Shown here: positions 10,035 through 20,188 of the stretch, one piece after another
Numbering within the stretch: the first letter of the stretch is position 1
Layout: every line of letters starts with the position of its first letter
Source of the DNA: an uncultured Acidimicrobiia bacterium
GTDB taxonomy: Bacteria > Actinomycetota > Acidimicrobiia > Spongiisociales > UBA5794
Length of the DNA stretch: 64,000 nt
NCBI GenBank assembly: GCA_963792405.1
Contig: CAWBVU010000005.1
Span: 113,472-177,471 of the forward strand
Reading direction: 5' to 3'
Made by a program: the position numbers and the translations under genes
Notes under the pieces: model-generated
The model's database searches: none
What the model was told of the DNA's origin: nothing
The model's input: the letters and a program-made list of their open reading frames with translations, nothing else

Positions 10035-10619
10035 TCATCCGAACCTGATGTCCACGTCTCGCTCGGCGAACGGCACCCCATCGAGGATCGCGAGCACGGC
10101 ATCCTTGATGCGCTGGGCCGGCGGTGGACACCCCGGCAGGTACATGTCCACGGGGATCACCTGGTGCAGGGGGAGGACCTTCGACAGCAGCGGCGGCACG
10201 ATCCCCGGCGCGAACGGCAGGACGCCGTTGCGATCCGGCATGTCCACGTACACCTTTCGAAGGATCTCGATCGGGTCGCCGAGGGGGTTGCGCATTGCCG
10301 TGACGTTCCCATTGACGGCGCAGTCGCCGAACGACACCACTGCCTTCGACCGCGCCCTGACGATGCGTGCGAGCTCCAGGTTGTCCTCGTTTGCGACCGC
10401 GCCCTCGACGAGTGTGACGTCGACGTCGGTGGGGAACTCCTTGATGTCGACGAGCGGGCTGTAGACGACCGTCGCCCGCTCGGCCACGTCGAAGAGGAAC
10501 TCGTCCATGTCGAGGAACGACATGTGGCACCCCGAGCAGCCCGCCAGCCAGACCGTGGCGACTCGCGCCTTGGCCGCGACCGATGGAGCCTCGGCGGGCG
10601 TCGAGGCCGTGTCGCTCAT
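10035..10619 (-). CDS. hoxY: [NiFe] hydrogenase small subunit (group 3 type)
   Basis: [14 protein letters not shown] and GCPP motifs. ATG 10619 gives an ATGA overlap with the hoxU stop; the ORF track starts at GTG 10643. Confidence 0.9.
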   Translation of the reverse strand: MSDTASTPAEAPSVAAKARVATVWLAGCSGCHMSFLDMDEFLFDVAERATVVYSPLVDIKEFPTDVDVTLVEGAVANEDNLELARIVRARSKAVVSFGDCAVNGNVTAMRNPLGDPIEILRKVYVDMPDRNGVLPFAPGIVPPLLSKVLPLHQVIPVDMYLPGCPPPAQRIKDAVLAILDGVPFAERDVDIRFG

Positions 10620-11359
10620 CGCACCGCCTCCGGATCCAGCCACTCGCCGCGACGCCTGGCGCTGGCGAGGCGGATGATGATGCTGGTGTCGTGCACCATC
10701 TCACCGACCGCCTTGCCCTGATAGGAGAGGGCACCCGTGGGGCACACGACGACGCACTTGCCGCACCAGGTGCACGACGTCGCCTCGCCCCACGGCACGT
10801 CCATGTCGGTGACGAGGGTCGCCTGGGCCCCTCGGTAGGCGACGTCCCAGACGTGTGCGCCCTCGATCTCGTCGCACACGCGCACGCAGCGGGTGCAGAG
10901 GATGCATCGGTTGGGGTCGAACACGTACTTGGGGTGGGAGGCGTCGACGGCCCTGCGGGGCGCCTGGTAGTCGAAGCGCACGTGATCCATGTGGGTCACC
11001 ACCGCGACGTCCTGGAGCTCACAGTTGCCGTTCACGACGCACACGGCGCAGACGTGGTTGCCCTCTGCGAACAGCAGCTCAACGATGGCCTTGCGATGGG
11101 CGCGGAGCTCGGGGGTGTCCGTCCTGATCTCCATGTCCGCGGCGAGGGCAGTGGCACATGCGGGCCTGAGCCTGTGGTCCTCCGCGACCTGCACGACGCA
11201 CATCCTGCAACCGCCCCATACCGAGAGGCCCTCCAGGTAGCACAGTGAAGGGATCGGGACTCCCAGCCGCCGTGCGGCCTCCATGACGGTCTCGTCCGCG
11301 TACGCCTCGTACTCGACGCCGTCGAAGGTGACGTCCACGGTTGCGCGTCGTTCACGCAT
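10616..11359 (-). CDS. hoxU: diaphorase subunit HoxU (NuoG N-terminal-like 2Fe-2S/4Fe-4S protein)
   Basis: 247 aa. 2Fe-2S ferredoxin-like N-terminus ([16 protein letters not shown]), CxxCxxxC clusters, and [11 protein letters not shown]. Confidence 0.9.
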   Translation of the reverse strand: MRERRATVDVTFDGVEYEAYADETVMEAARRLGVPIPSLCYLEGLSVWGGCRMCVVQVAEDHRLRPACATALAADMEIRTDTPELRAHRKAIVELLFAEGNHVCAVCVVNGNCELQDVAVVTHMDHVRFDYQAPRRAVDASHPKYVFDPNRCILCTRCVRVCDEIEGAHVWDVAYRGAQATLVTDMDVPWGEATSCTWCGKCVVVCPTGALSYQGKAVGEMVHDTSIIIRLASARRRGEWLDPEAVR

Positions 11360-12989
11360 CGACGACCTCCAGGCCCGAACCGACGAGGAGATCCTCGTAC
11401 TCCCTTCCGAAGTACTGCAGCGTGCTCAGCACGGGATTCGGCGCCGACTGTCCGAGGCCGCACAGGCTCGTGTCGCGCACGGTCGCACACAGCTGTTCGA
11501 GGTGCCGAAGGTCGGTCCACGTGCCGCGCCCGCCCGTGATCCGCTCGAGGAGCGTGTGGATCTGCACGGTGCCCGCCCGACAGGGCGTGCACTTGCCGCA
11601 GCTCTCGTCCATGCAGAACTCCATGAAGAACTTGGCGACGTCGGGCATCGAGACGGTGTCGTCCATCACGATCAGGCCACCGGACCCCATGATCGAGCCG
11701 AGCTGGCGCAGGCTGTCGTAGTCGACGGGGGTGTCGAGGAACTCGGCGGGGATGCACCCACCCGACGGCCCACCGGTCTGGGCGGCCTTGAACGTGCCCC
11801 CGTCGGGGATGCCTCCGCCGATGTCCTCGACGATGGTGCGCAGGGTGATGCCCATGGGCACCTCGATGAGGCCGATGTTGACCAGGTCGCCCGCGAGGGC
11901 GAAGACCTTGGTGCCGGTGCTCTCCGACGTCCCGATGGAGGCGAACCAATCCGCGCCCTTCGTGATGATCGTCGGGATGTTGGCGAGGGTCTCGACGTTG
12001 TTGATCATCGTCGGCTTCCCCCACAGCCCTGCCTCGGTCGGGTACGGCGGGCGAAGCCGAGGGGTTCCCCTCCTGCCCTCGATCGACGCCATCAGCGCCG
12101 TCTCCTCACCACAGACGAACGCCCCGGCACCGATCCGGACCTCCACCTCGAGGTCGAAGTCCGTCTCGAGGATGCGCCGCCCGAGGAGGCGGTTGCGCCG
12201 TGCCACCCGGATGGCCCTGTCGAGCCGTTCGACGGCGCGCGGGTACTCCGCCCGCACGTAGATGAAGGCACGAGAGGCACCGGTGGCGTAGGCGGCGATC
12301 GCGATGCCCTCGATGAGTCGATGGGGATCGTCCTCCATGACGGTGCGGTCCATGTAGGCGCCGGGATCGCCCTCATCGCCGTTCGCCACCACGTACTTCT
12401 GATCCGAGACCGCCTTGGCGAGCAGGGACCACTTGCTGCCGGTCGGATACCCCGCACCGCCGCGTCCCCGTATGCGGGATGCCGCGACTTCCTGCACCAC
12501 CGCTTCGGGCGTCATCTCCGTGAGCACCTTCCGAAGGGCGCGATATCCGCCGTGGGCGACGTACCCCTCGATGCGGTCGGGGTCGATGACTCCCCCGTTG
12601 GCCAACACGACGCGCTCCTGTGCGGAGAAGAACGGGATCGACGTGTCGAGCACGTTGGTCTCGACCGGTTTGTGGTCCCTGACATGGCTGCGGACGATGT
12701 CGACGGCGACGGCCTCGTTCACCGCCTGGTACATCGTCTCGTCACCACCCCTGCGGAGGAGTCGCACGAGGGGCCCACGGCTGCACAGACCCATGCACCC
12801 GGTGGGGATCACCACGGCATCGAGGGCGAGGTCGGAGGCCTCCACGGTCCTCTCGAGCGCCTGGATCGACGCACCGGCGCCTGCGGACAGGCAGGCGGTC
12901 GATGCGCAGGCCTTGATCCTCCACGGGTACCTGCTGCGGGCCTCGTGCTCTCGCTCGGCGACATCGTGGAGATCGATCGGCGCGGCCAT
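11352..12989 (-). CDS. hoxF: diaphorase subunit HoxF (NuoF-like NAD(H)/FMN-binding)
   Basis: Starts at MAAPIDL (ATG 12987-12989, ATGA overlap with the hoxE stop). [26 protein letters not shown] motifs and an N-terminal thioredoxin-like 2Fe-2S domain. The upstream 91 codons of the ORF-track entry overlap hoxE and are not protein-like. Confidence 0.92.
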   Translation of the reverse strand: MAAPIDLHDVAEREHEARSRYPWRIKACASTACLSAGAGASIQALERTVEASDLALDAVVIPTGCMGLCSRGPLVRLLRRGGDETMYQAVNEAVAVDIVRSHVRDHKPVETNVLDTSIPFFSAQERVVLANGGVIDPDRIEGYVAHGGYRALRKVLTEMTPEAVVQEVAASRIRGRGGAGYPTGSKWSLLAKAVSDQKYVVANGDEGDPGAYMDRTVMEDDPHRLIEGIAIAAYATGASRAFIYVRAEYPRAVERLDRAIRVARRNRLLGRRILETDFDLEVEVRIGAGAFVCGEETALMASIEGRRGTPRLRPPYPTEAGLWGKPTMINNVETLANIPTIITKGADWFASIGTSESTGTKVFALAGDLVNIGLIEVPMGITLRTIVEDIGGGIPDGGTFKAAQTGGPSGGCIPAEFLDTPVDYDSLRQLGSIMGSGGLIVMDDTVSMPDVAKFFMEFCMDESCGKCTPCRAGTVQIHTLLERITGGRGTWTDLRHLEQLCATVRDTSLCGLGQSAPNPVLSTLQYFGREYEDLLVGSGLEVVDA

Positions 12990-13573
12990 CAGCCCACCAC
13001 CTCCCCACCGACGGCAACGGGCCCGGACGTTGCCGCGACGATCCCCTCGACGGCGGCGAGCACCGCCGCCGCGTCCTCCCGTCCCGTGACGACACCGTCG
13101 AGCAGCACCACGGGTGCGAGGCCGCACGAGCCGAGGCAGCGTGCCGTCTTCAACGTGAGCATCCCGTCCTCGGTCGTGGCGCCGGCAGCGACGCCCCAGC
13201 GCTCGGAGACGGATCGGACGATGTCGTCCGATCCCTTGACGAAGCAGGCGGTCCCCGTGCACACCGTGCAGGTGTGCTCACCCGGTGGGTCGAAGGTGAA
13301 CAGCTGGTAGAAGGTGGCGACGCCGAACACACGGGACGGCGGCAGGAGCAGGGCCCTCGCGACGTAGGTCAGGATGCCGTCGTCGAGGTACCCGAAGACG
13401 TCCTGGGCGATGTGGAGCGCCTCGATGAGCTGGTCCTGGTCGTACTGGACACGCTTGAGGAACTTGTCGATGACGAGGAAGCGATCGTCTCCCGAGGGGT
13501 GCGGCTCGTCGCGGGCGTCGCGTCCGCGTGGGGAGGAGCGCTCGTCCGCGCCCGTGGATGCCGTCTCGGTCAT
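12989..13573 (-). CDS. hoxE: diaphorase subunit HoxE (NuoE-like 2Fe-2S)
   Basis: 194 aa. [27 protein letters not shown] and CLGSCGLAP motifs. GGAG 6 nt upstream of the ATG. Confidence 0.9.
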   Translation of the reverse strand: MTETASTGADERSSPRGRDARDEPHPSGDDRFLVIDKFLKRVQYDQDQLIEALHIAQDVFGYLDDGILTYVARALLLPPSRVFGVATFYQLFTFDPPGEHTCTVCTGTACFVKGSDDIVRSVSERWGVAAGATTEDGMLTLKTARCLGSCGLAPVVLLDGVVTGREDAAAVLAAVEGIVAATSGPVAVGGEVVG

Positions 13574-13594
13574 CGTGTCTCCGCTGTCCAGATT

Positions 13595-13615
13595 TCCTTA
13601 GTGTATCACTAAGGA
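13595..13615 (-). promoter_or_regulatory. AT-rich perfect inverted repeat (candidate operator overlapping a -10-like TACACT) upstream of hoxE
   Basis: TCCTTAGTG-TAT-CACTAAGGA (9+3+9) lies 22-42 nt upstream of the hoxE ATG, inside the only 68-nt gap between the capA-like stop and hoxE. Confidence 0.4.
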
Positions 13616-13641
13616 TCTAGATGGCCAGTGGGCATCCGCCC

Positions 13642-15114
13642 TCACCGCACGACGACGGGCTCGAGGCGACCGTCGTGATCGACATCGCCGCATCCGATGG
13701 TCCTCTGCCCCGCGAGCTCGGGAGCCAGGACGAACCCGAACCCGCCCCACGTGCCTGCCCCGACGGCGATGACGGATGGATGATCGAGCTTGGTGTATGC
13801 GAACACCGCGGACCCATCGCAGGCCATCACCGCACCGATCGGGTGGGGCGGACGGCGCGACATCCACACCGGCGATCCATCCGCCGTGAGGACGCCGAGA
13901 TGCGCGCTCCTACCCTCGGCGTCCGTCGGCGGCGTCGCGAGTGGATCGGCGTCCCTCACCTCGACGGGGTGCCGGAACGAGAAGAGGGTCTCGAGGGACC
14001 CGTCACCGTCGAGGTCGCCTCGGCTCGCGGCCGTGACCTCACCATCGGGATATGCGAACGGCGACACCGACGTGTCGGATGCCTCGACAGGCCGATCGAG
14101 CGACCACCACACCCCGTCGATCATCGCTGCGTCGCCCTCGGGCGTGCGCCACCCGGCGAGACCCACGCGCATCGCCGTGTTGCGGGTCACGCCGACACGA
14201 TGTGCGATCAGCCCGTCGCGGTCGACCAGCACCTCGAGCACCAGCCCCTCCCGTGTCTCGGGGCCGAGCTGATCGAACAGGAGGTTACCGAGGGAGGTGG
14301 CGACGACCGCATGGCGACCATCGCCATCGGGATCCTCCACCTCGATGGGCTGCCCGACGTGGGGCCCATGGCCCCACACGACGTCGACGCCCCACGACAC
14401 GAGTTCGTCAGCCAGGGGACGGAGGATGGGGTCGGTGCCGGACCAGTACTCGATGCCTCCGTGGAGGCCGACGACCACCACATCGGCGTCCTGCGTAGCC
14501 CTCGCGACGGCGCGCATCGCGCGATCCGAGTCCCAGACCGCGATGCCGGGCGATGATGGTGTCGCTTCGACCCCCTGGGCAGAGCCATCGATGGCGAGGA
14601 AGGCGATGCGGACGCCGCGGACCTCCACGATCGTCGGGGTCCATGCATCGTCGATGTCCCCTCCCCCGCCGGACGTCAGGATGCCGACCGCCGACAGGGC
14701 GTCGATCGTGTCGATGACGGAACCCCTGCCCGCATCCCCCGCATGGTTGTTCGCGACCCCGGCGAGGTCGAAGCCCGCCGAGGCGACCAGCTGGGCCACG
14801 GAGGGGTCGGCTTCGAGCGCGTACGGATTGGCCGACGCGTGTGGACGGAGGGTGAGGGGGGACTCGACGTTGGCGGCTGCGATGTCGGCTCGCCGGATCG
14901 TCCGGCGAATCCCCTCGAAGATGCCGTCCGGATCAGCGGCGACGACCGGCGCGACGCCCCGCCCGAGCATCACGTCACCCGCAAGGAGCACACGTACTGC
15001 CGTGGTCGGTGGACCACTCGCCGCGTCACCGCTCGGGGTGCCACCGCCGTCGGCGCACGACGAGAAGGCGACGGCCGCTGCCGCGACGATCAGGGCTGTG
15101 CGTCGAGCCACCAT
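13642..15114 (-). CDS. CapA (PGA_cap) family metallophosphatase-like lipoprotein with C-terminal FG-GAP-like repeats
   Basis: 490 aa. Lipobox AFSSC, then VLLAGDVMLGRGV, ANNHAGDAG and GLHGGIEY. C-terminus carries GDLDGDGSLE and GDVDHDGRLE repeats. Confidence 0.8.
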   Translation of the reverse strand: MVARRTALIVAAAAVAFSSCADGGGTPSGDAASGPPTTAVRVLLAGDVMLGRGVAPVVAADPDGIFEGIRRTIRRADIAAANVESPLTLRPHASANPYALEADPSVAQLVASAGFDLAGVANNHAGDAGRGSVIDTIDALSAVGILTSGGGGDIDDAWTPTIVEVRGVRIAFLAIDGSAQGVEATPSSPGIAVWDSDRAMRAVARATQDADVVVVGLHGGIEYWSGTDPILRPLADELVSWGVDVVWGHGPHVGQPIEVEDPDGDGRHAVVATSLGNLLFDQLGPETREGLVLEVLVDRDGLIAHRVGVTRNTAMRVGLAGWRTPEGDAAMIDGVWWSLDRPVEASDTSVSPFAYPDGEVTAASRGDLDGDGSLETLFSFRHPVEVRDADPLATPPTDAEGRSAHLGVLTADGSPVWMSRRPPHPIGAVMACDGSAVFAYTKLDHPSVIAVGAGTWGGFGFVLAPELAGQRTIGCGDVDHDGRLEPVVVR

Positions 15115-17300
15115 TGCGGCCGATCCGGGAGGTCACCAGCGATGATCCGGTCCCACCACTCCTCATCCGTCAGCCGTTCCGCGCGCGGTCCCCAGAACTC
15201 GTAATACGAGTACACGACCCCTGTCGCCACCCGGAATCGACCGTCGTCGTCGGGTACGAGGACGTGGATCGTGTCGAGGGGACCCGTGCCGAGCTCCAGG
15301 ACCTCGTCGGCGAACGGGTCGAGGAAGACGTCGGCGACAAGGGGAGACGGATCGAGCGATCCCTCGCCGATGGTCTCGAGCAGTGCCGAGATCCACACTC
15401 CGATGTCCCCGAGCCAGATGTTGTCCTCGTCCGAGATCGGGGTGCCTTCGAGCTCGTCGGCGGCGATGCGCTCGAGCCGGTCGAGGATGGTGAGGAGGAA
15501 CTCGGTGACCCAACGGGTGCGAGCGACGCCGTACGAGTCAGCCGTGTCGAGGTCGAAGTCGCCATCGGCCATCAGCCCCGCCGAGATGAGCCCGTCACGC
15601 ATCATCGCGGCCAGCGAGGCGAGCCGACCGAAGGCCACCGGATCAGGCTCGACCCAGTGGCGAGGCGGAGGGGGCGGCTCGGGAGGCCCCTCACCCTCGG
15701 CGATGCCCTGCTTGGCGTAGAGGATCGTGTCGTGCTTGAGCTCGGTGTAGGAGCCGAGTCCCGTCGTCTGCGATTTCGCCTTCCATGCGTCGTTCCGCAT
15801 GAACGGCGGGAATGCCTCCTCGTGCTGGCCCGCCCACACGGGCTCGAGCGCCCACAGCCACCCGTCGTAGACGGTCCGGCCCCAATCGTCGATGGAACGC
15901 GCGGCGACCTGATCGCTGAGGTCGTCGACCTTCGCCCGGTAGTCGGGGTACGCGGCGTCCTCGCCATCGGAGGCCATGATGTCAGCCGCGTAGTCGGATC
16001 CCATGACGCTCGCGAAGTCGAGGGGGGTCGGCCTGATCCGCTCGCTCACGCCGGGATCGGTGAGCTGGTCGTAGACCCACGAATCGAGGACGAACCTCGC
16101 GCCCATCGTGCGCAGCGACGCGCGGGCCGGGTCGATGCGTACGTCCCGCATCTGCAGCAGCTCGGCACCAACCCCCTCGACGAAGGCGTCGGCGGACAGG
16201 TTGCCGAGATCCGCGAGGCCGTTGGGATCGAGGCGCTCGGCCGCCTCGGCGGCCTCGAACGGCGTGTAGTCGTCCGCCGATCCGACGAGGAAGGCCGTCG
16301 GCCCGTAGATCGTCCGCCAGCCGGCCGCGAGGTCCTCGTCAGTGACGATCAGTCGTGACACCGCGAGGCCCACGCGCAGCGGGGCGGCGTCGGTCACGGG
16401 AAAGCCGGTGTTCCCGAGCATCGACATCGCCTTGAAGTACCGCATCAGCTCCTCGGACCGCGTGTAGTGACCGCGCGGCCTGGCGAGTGAGTAGTCGACG
16501 CATGACGCCGGCAGGGCTTCGCAGTCGCCACCGACGGTCGGTGAGGCCGCGAGCTCGGTCGCCTGGTCGACGAGCGCCGCCTCCTCGGCGGCGCGGTCCC
16601 CGATCGGGCCGACGTCGAGTCCGAGCACCGTCGCCACAGCCTCGAGGTGTTCCTGGGCCCGGAGTGCGGCGTCGGCGACGGCCGGGTCGGGAGCTCCGGC
16701 GGTCTGCACACGCGCCGCCTCGACGAGGCCCGCAACGAACTCCTCGAGCACGGGGAGGAGGCGATCTGCCTCGGTCTCCCTGAGGACCATGTCGAACACC
16801 TGGTGCCAGAGGTGGTACGCCACGTCGGTGGTCACGAACACGGCGCGCTCGCCGTACGGGCTCAGCTGCTCGTACAGGACGGAGAACTGCGTCCTCCAGC
16901 TGAGCTCATCGACCCCGAAACCGCCGTAGGTGTCGGTGTTCGGCTCGATCACGAACCCGTTGCGCACCAGCGCATCACGGAGATCGGAGGGCACGACGTC
17001 GGCGTCGCCTACTCCGGACAGTGACGTGGGCCAGGCGGGACCCGGATACGTGCCCTCGGTGATGAGCGGGACCTCGGTGAGCTGTGCGTCGAACCCCGTG
17101 CTCGTGGTGGGCACGACGGTCGGGACGGTCGTCGAGGGGGTCGCGTGGCTGGTCGTCACCGGTGCCGTGGTCGCGGGCGATGTCGAAGACGTGGAGGTCA
17201 CCGTCGACGGGCCGAGGGTCGTCGAGCCACCCGACCCGCTGGTACACCCGGCGGCGACCAACGCGACCACCACGCCGACGACGGCGACTCGGCGCATCAT
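15090..17300 (-). CDS. DUF3160 domain lipoprotein
   Basis: 736 aa. Lipobox LVAAGC, Thr/Ser-rich linker, and PRGHYTRSEELMRYFKAMSMLG, which I associate with DUF3160. Its 3' end overlaps the capA-like start by 25 nt. Confidence 0.7.
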   Translation of the reverse strand: MMRRVAVVGVVVALVAAGCTSGSGGSTTLGPSTVTSTSSTSPATTAPVTTSHATPSTTVPTVVPTTSTGFDAQLTEVPLITEGTYPGPAWPTSLSGVGDADVVPSDLRDALVRNGFVIEPNTDTYGGFGVDELSWRTQFSVLYEQLSPYGERAVFVTTDVAYHLWHQVFDMVLRETEADRLLPVLEEFVAGLVEAARVQTAGAPDPAVADAALRAQEHLEAVATVLGLDVGPIGDRAAEEAALVDQATELAASPTVGGDCEALPASCVDYSLARPRGHYTRSEELMRYFKAMSMLGNTGFPVTDAAPLRVGLAVSRLIVTDEDLAAGWRTIYGPTAFLVGSADDYTPFEAAEAAERLDPNGLADLGNLSADAFVEGVGAELLQMRDVRIDPARASLRTMGARFVLDSWVYDQLTDPGVSERIRPTPLDFASVMGSDYAADIMASDGEDAAYPDYRAKVDDLSDQVAARSIDDWGRTVYDGWLWALEPVWAGQHEEAFPPFMRNDAWKAKSQTTGLGSYTELKHDTILYAKQGIAEGEGPPEPPPPPRHWVEPDPVAFGRLASLAAMMRDGLISAGLMADGDFDLDTADSYGVARTRWVTEFLLTILDRLERIAADELEGTPISDEDNIWLGDIGVWISALLETIGEGSLDPSPLVADVFLDPFADEVLELGTGPLDTIHVLVPDDDGRFRVATGVVYSYYEFWGPRAERLTDEEWWDRIIAGDLPDRPQWWLDAQP

Positions 17301-17410
17301 CCACCTCCGAATCGAGGAGGCACGCCCTCACGTCGAAGGCTACTCGACGATGCACGTGCGCACGCGGGCATCCCCCACGCTGCCGGGAGGCCCGCCTGTA
17401 GTCTCGCCGG

Positions 17411-20161
17411 ATGCGCACGATGTCGCCACCGTCGGGGACGGTGACCTTCCTCTTCACCGACATGGAGGGTTCGACGCGCCTGTGGGACCGCTATCCCGAC
17501 GCGATGGATGCCGTCATCGAGGCCCACGACCGCATCCTTGGCGAAGCCGTCGAGGATGCGGACGGATACGTGTTCTCGAAGGCGGGGGACGGCTGGGCGA
17601 TCGCCTTCGGCGCGCCCGTGGCAGCCGTGCGCGCCGCACTCGAGATCCAGGGCAGGATGTCCACACAGGTGTGGCCCGATCCGATCCCGGGGATCCGCGT
17701 GCGCATGGGGCTCCACGCGGGGACGGCGACCGTCCGCGACGGTGACTACTTCGGGAGCTCGGTGAACCGGGCCGCCCGGGTGAGCGCATCGGCGAACGGC
17801 GGCCAGGTGTTCATGACCGATGTCGTACGGTCGCTGGTCGCGGACGACATGGAGGAGGGATGGCGCCTGCGCGACCTCGGCGAACACCGCCTGCGCGACC
17901 TGACGAGGGCAGAGCGCATCTGGCAGATCGACACCCTCGAGGCACCGGCACCGGCCGCGGCCACCGCCCCGAGGGCTTCGGCCGGCAATCTCCCCAAGCG
18001 TGGGCATCACATTCTCGGACGACGCGACGACATCGAGGCCGTCAGCGCCGCGCTGCTGCAGCCGGGGTCGGTGGTCACCCTCAGCGGTGTGGGCGGTGTG
18101 GGGAAGACGACGCTCGCGATCGAGGTCGGCCGTCACCTCGCGGACGGCCTTCCCGGTGGCTCATGGTTCGTCGACCTGACGTCCTCCGACGACCCCTCGG
18201 CGATCGCGACCGCGGTCACCTCGGCGCTCGGGATCGGCAGGCGACCCGGGGTGTCGGACCTCGACAGCCTCGTGGACGCCCTGAACGTGGACGAGAGGCT
18301 CCTGATCCTCGACAACGCCGAGCATCAGGTCGATGCCGTGGCATCACTCGTGGATGAGCTCGCACTCGCCGTGCCGAGCCTTCACGCCCTGGTGACGACG
18401 CGTGAACCGCTGGCGATCGCCGCCGAGTCGGTCTACCGCGTCCTCCCGCTCGCGGTGGGTCACGACACTGCGTCGCCCGCAGTGGCACTCTTCATCGAGC
18501 GCGGCCGCATCTCCGGGCCTGACCTGGCCCCCGACGCCTTCCCCCTCGACGTCGTGGAGTCCATCTGCGCCCAGCTCGACGGGCTCCCGCTGGCCATCGA
18601 GCTCGCGGCCGCGCAGACCGAGACCATGACGCCGACCGAGATCCTCGCCGCGCTCCGCGCCGACAGGCTGGAGCTTCGTTCCGACTCGCGATCGGTGGCA
18701 GCACGCCACCGATCCCTCGACGATCTCGTCGATTGGTCGTACCTCCGGCTCGACCCTCCCGAGCAGAGGGTCTTCGAACGCATGTCGGTGTTCAGAGGCG
18801 GGGCATCGGTCGAGGCGATCGAGGCGGTCTGTGCGTTCGACGACGTCGACGCCGCGCTGGCGCGAACTGCACTCGGGACCCTCGTGCGGAGGTCGATGGT
18901 CGCCACCGAGCGATCGCGCGGAGCCACGCGCTTCACGATGCTCGAGACGCTTCGTCACTACTCGATGCGCAGGCAGCGGGAGCGGCCCGACCACTCCACG
19001 GTCGAGCGGCGCCATGCCGGGTGGTTCGCTCGGTTCGCCGAGCTACAGGCGGGAGCGATGAGCGGCCCGCTCGAGTCGGAGGCGCTGTCCTCGCTCGTTC
19101 GGGAGTACGACAACCTCGCACAGGCGGCGAGATGGGCCGAACGGGAAGGCGATCTCGACATCCTCGCGGGGTTGGGCCTCGCGCTCCCCTATGTGCTCGA
19201 GTCCACACGGCCCATCGGCGTCGAGGAGTGGATCGATGGCGCGCTGGCCGCCCTGCCGGAGGACCACACCGCCCGTGCCGACTATGCCTATGCCAAGGCG
19301 TACGTGGCGCTCTTCGACGGCGATCTACGCGGGTGGAGTGTGATCTACGACCTGGCCACCGCAGGCGTGGCCCATCTGGCGAGGGTCAGGATGCTGCGAC
19401 AGAGCTTCCGCCTCATCAGCGCATTCTTCCTCGGCGACATGGACACCGTGATCGAGGACTCGCCTGATGCGATCGAGGTTGCGTTCGACCTCGACGACGT
19501 GCGGATGGGCGCGTCGCTGACGGCCGACCTGGGCCTCGCGCTGTACTTCTCCGGGGACATCGATGCGGCATGGGCCGTCGCCGAGGACCTCCGCGTGCGG
19601 GCGGACGCCTCCGGCATACCCTCGGTGCTCGCCTGGTCCATGTACCTGCTGGGCGAGCTGAACTCGGCGCCCGATCCCCGCACGGCGATGGAGCAACTCG
19701 AGGAGGGCGTCGAGTACGGGGTGAGCATCGGGAACGACTTCGTCGCGGGCATCTGCCTCATCGTCCTCGCGGCGACGGCCGGCCGTCACGGTGACCACGA
19801 TGTCGCCCTCGACGCGATGCAGCGCTGCATCCCCTTGTGGCACGGGACGGGGAATCGGCCGCAGTTCTGGACGGCCATCCGCAACCTCGTCGAGATCCTC
19901 CACCAGCTCGGGGAGGACGACGAGGCATACACGCTCCACGCCGCGTGCGAGGCCGCTGCCGGGCAGGCCCCCGAGATCTTCGGACCCCTCGGGCAGCACT
20001 ACCTCGACGTCATCGACGCCGTGACGGCAGGACTCGACGACGATGTCATCGCCGATGCGGCCCGGAAGGGCTCCGCCCTCGGGTACCACGACACCGCACA
20101 CCACGCGATCGACCTCGTGGGGTCACTGAGGTCGGCACGGGACGACCACGTCGCCACGTAG
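17411..20161 (+). CDS. class III adenylate/guanylate cyclase fused to STAND (NB-ARC-like) ATPase and TPR-like C-terminal region
   Basis: 916 aa. Cyclase motifs FLFTDMEGST, SKAGDGWAIAF and GSSVNRAARV. P-loop GVGGVGKTTLA, Walker B LLILDNAEH. Helical repeat C-terminus with no recognisable HTH. Confidence 0.85.
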   Translation: MRTMSPPSGTVTFLFTDMEGSTRLWDRYPDAMDAVIEAHDRILGEAVEDADGYVFSKAGDGWAIAFGAPVAAVRAALEIQGRMSTQVWPDPIPGIRVRMGLHAGTATVRDGDYFGSSVNRAARVSASANGGQVFMTDVVRSLVADDMEEGWRLRDLGEHRLRDLTRAERIWQIDTLEAPAPAAATAPRASAGNLPKRGHHILGRRDDIEAVSAALLQPGSVVTLSGVGGVGKTTLAIEVGRHLADGLPGGSWFVDLTSSDDPSAIATAVTSALGIGRRPGVSDLDSLVDALNVDERLLILDNAEHQVDAVASLVDELALAVPSLHALVTTREPLAIAAESVYRVLPLAVGHDTASPAVALFIERGRISGPDLAPDAFPLDVVESICAQLDGLPLAIELAAAQTETMTPTEILAALRADRLELRSDSRSVAARHRSLDDLVDWSYLRLDPPEQRVFERMSVFRGGASVEAIEAVCAFDDVDAALARTALGTLVRRSMVATERSRGATRFTMLETLRHYSMRRQRERPDHSTVERRHAGWFARFAELQAGAMSGPLESEALSSLVREYDNLAQAARWAEREGDLDILAGLGLALPYVLESTRPIGVEEWIDGALAALPEDHTARADYAYAKAYVALFDGDLRGWSVIYDLATAGVAHLARVRMLRQSFRLISAFFLGDMDTVIEDSPDAIEVAFDLDDVRMGASLTADLGLALYFSGDIDAAWAVAEDLRVRADASGIPSVLAWSMYLLGELNSAPDPRTAMEQLEEGVEYGVSIGNDFVAGICLIVLAATAGRHGDHDVALDAMQRCIPLWHGTGNRPQFWTAIRNLVEILHQLGEDDEAYTLHAACEAAAGQAPEIFGPLGQHYLDVIDAVTAGLDDDVIADAARKGSALGYHDTAHHAIDLVGSLRSARDDHVAT

Positions 20162-20188
20162 CGGCACGCATGCCGTGCCCGCCCGAGG

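Noticed and set aside
8571-13310. Very long plus-strand ORFs (716 aa at 8571..10721 and 675 aa at 11283..13310) across the hox region
   Set aside because: They are antisense to genes with unambiguous hydrogenase and diaphorase motifs. Their products are Arg/Gly/Asp/His-rich low-complexity sequence, typical of open antisense frames in high-GC DNA.
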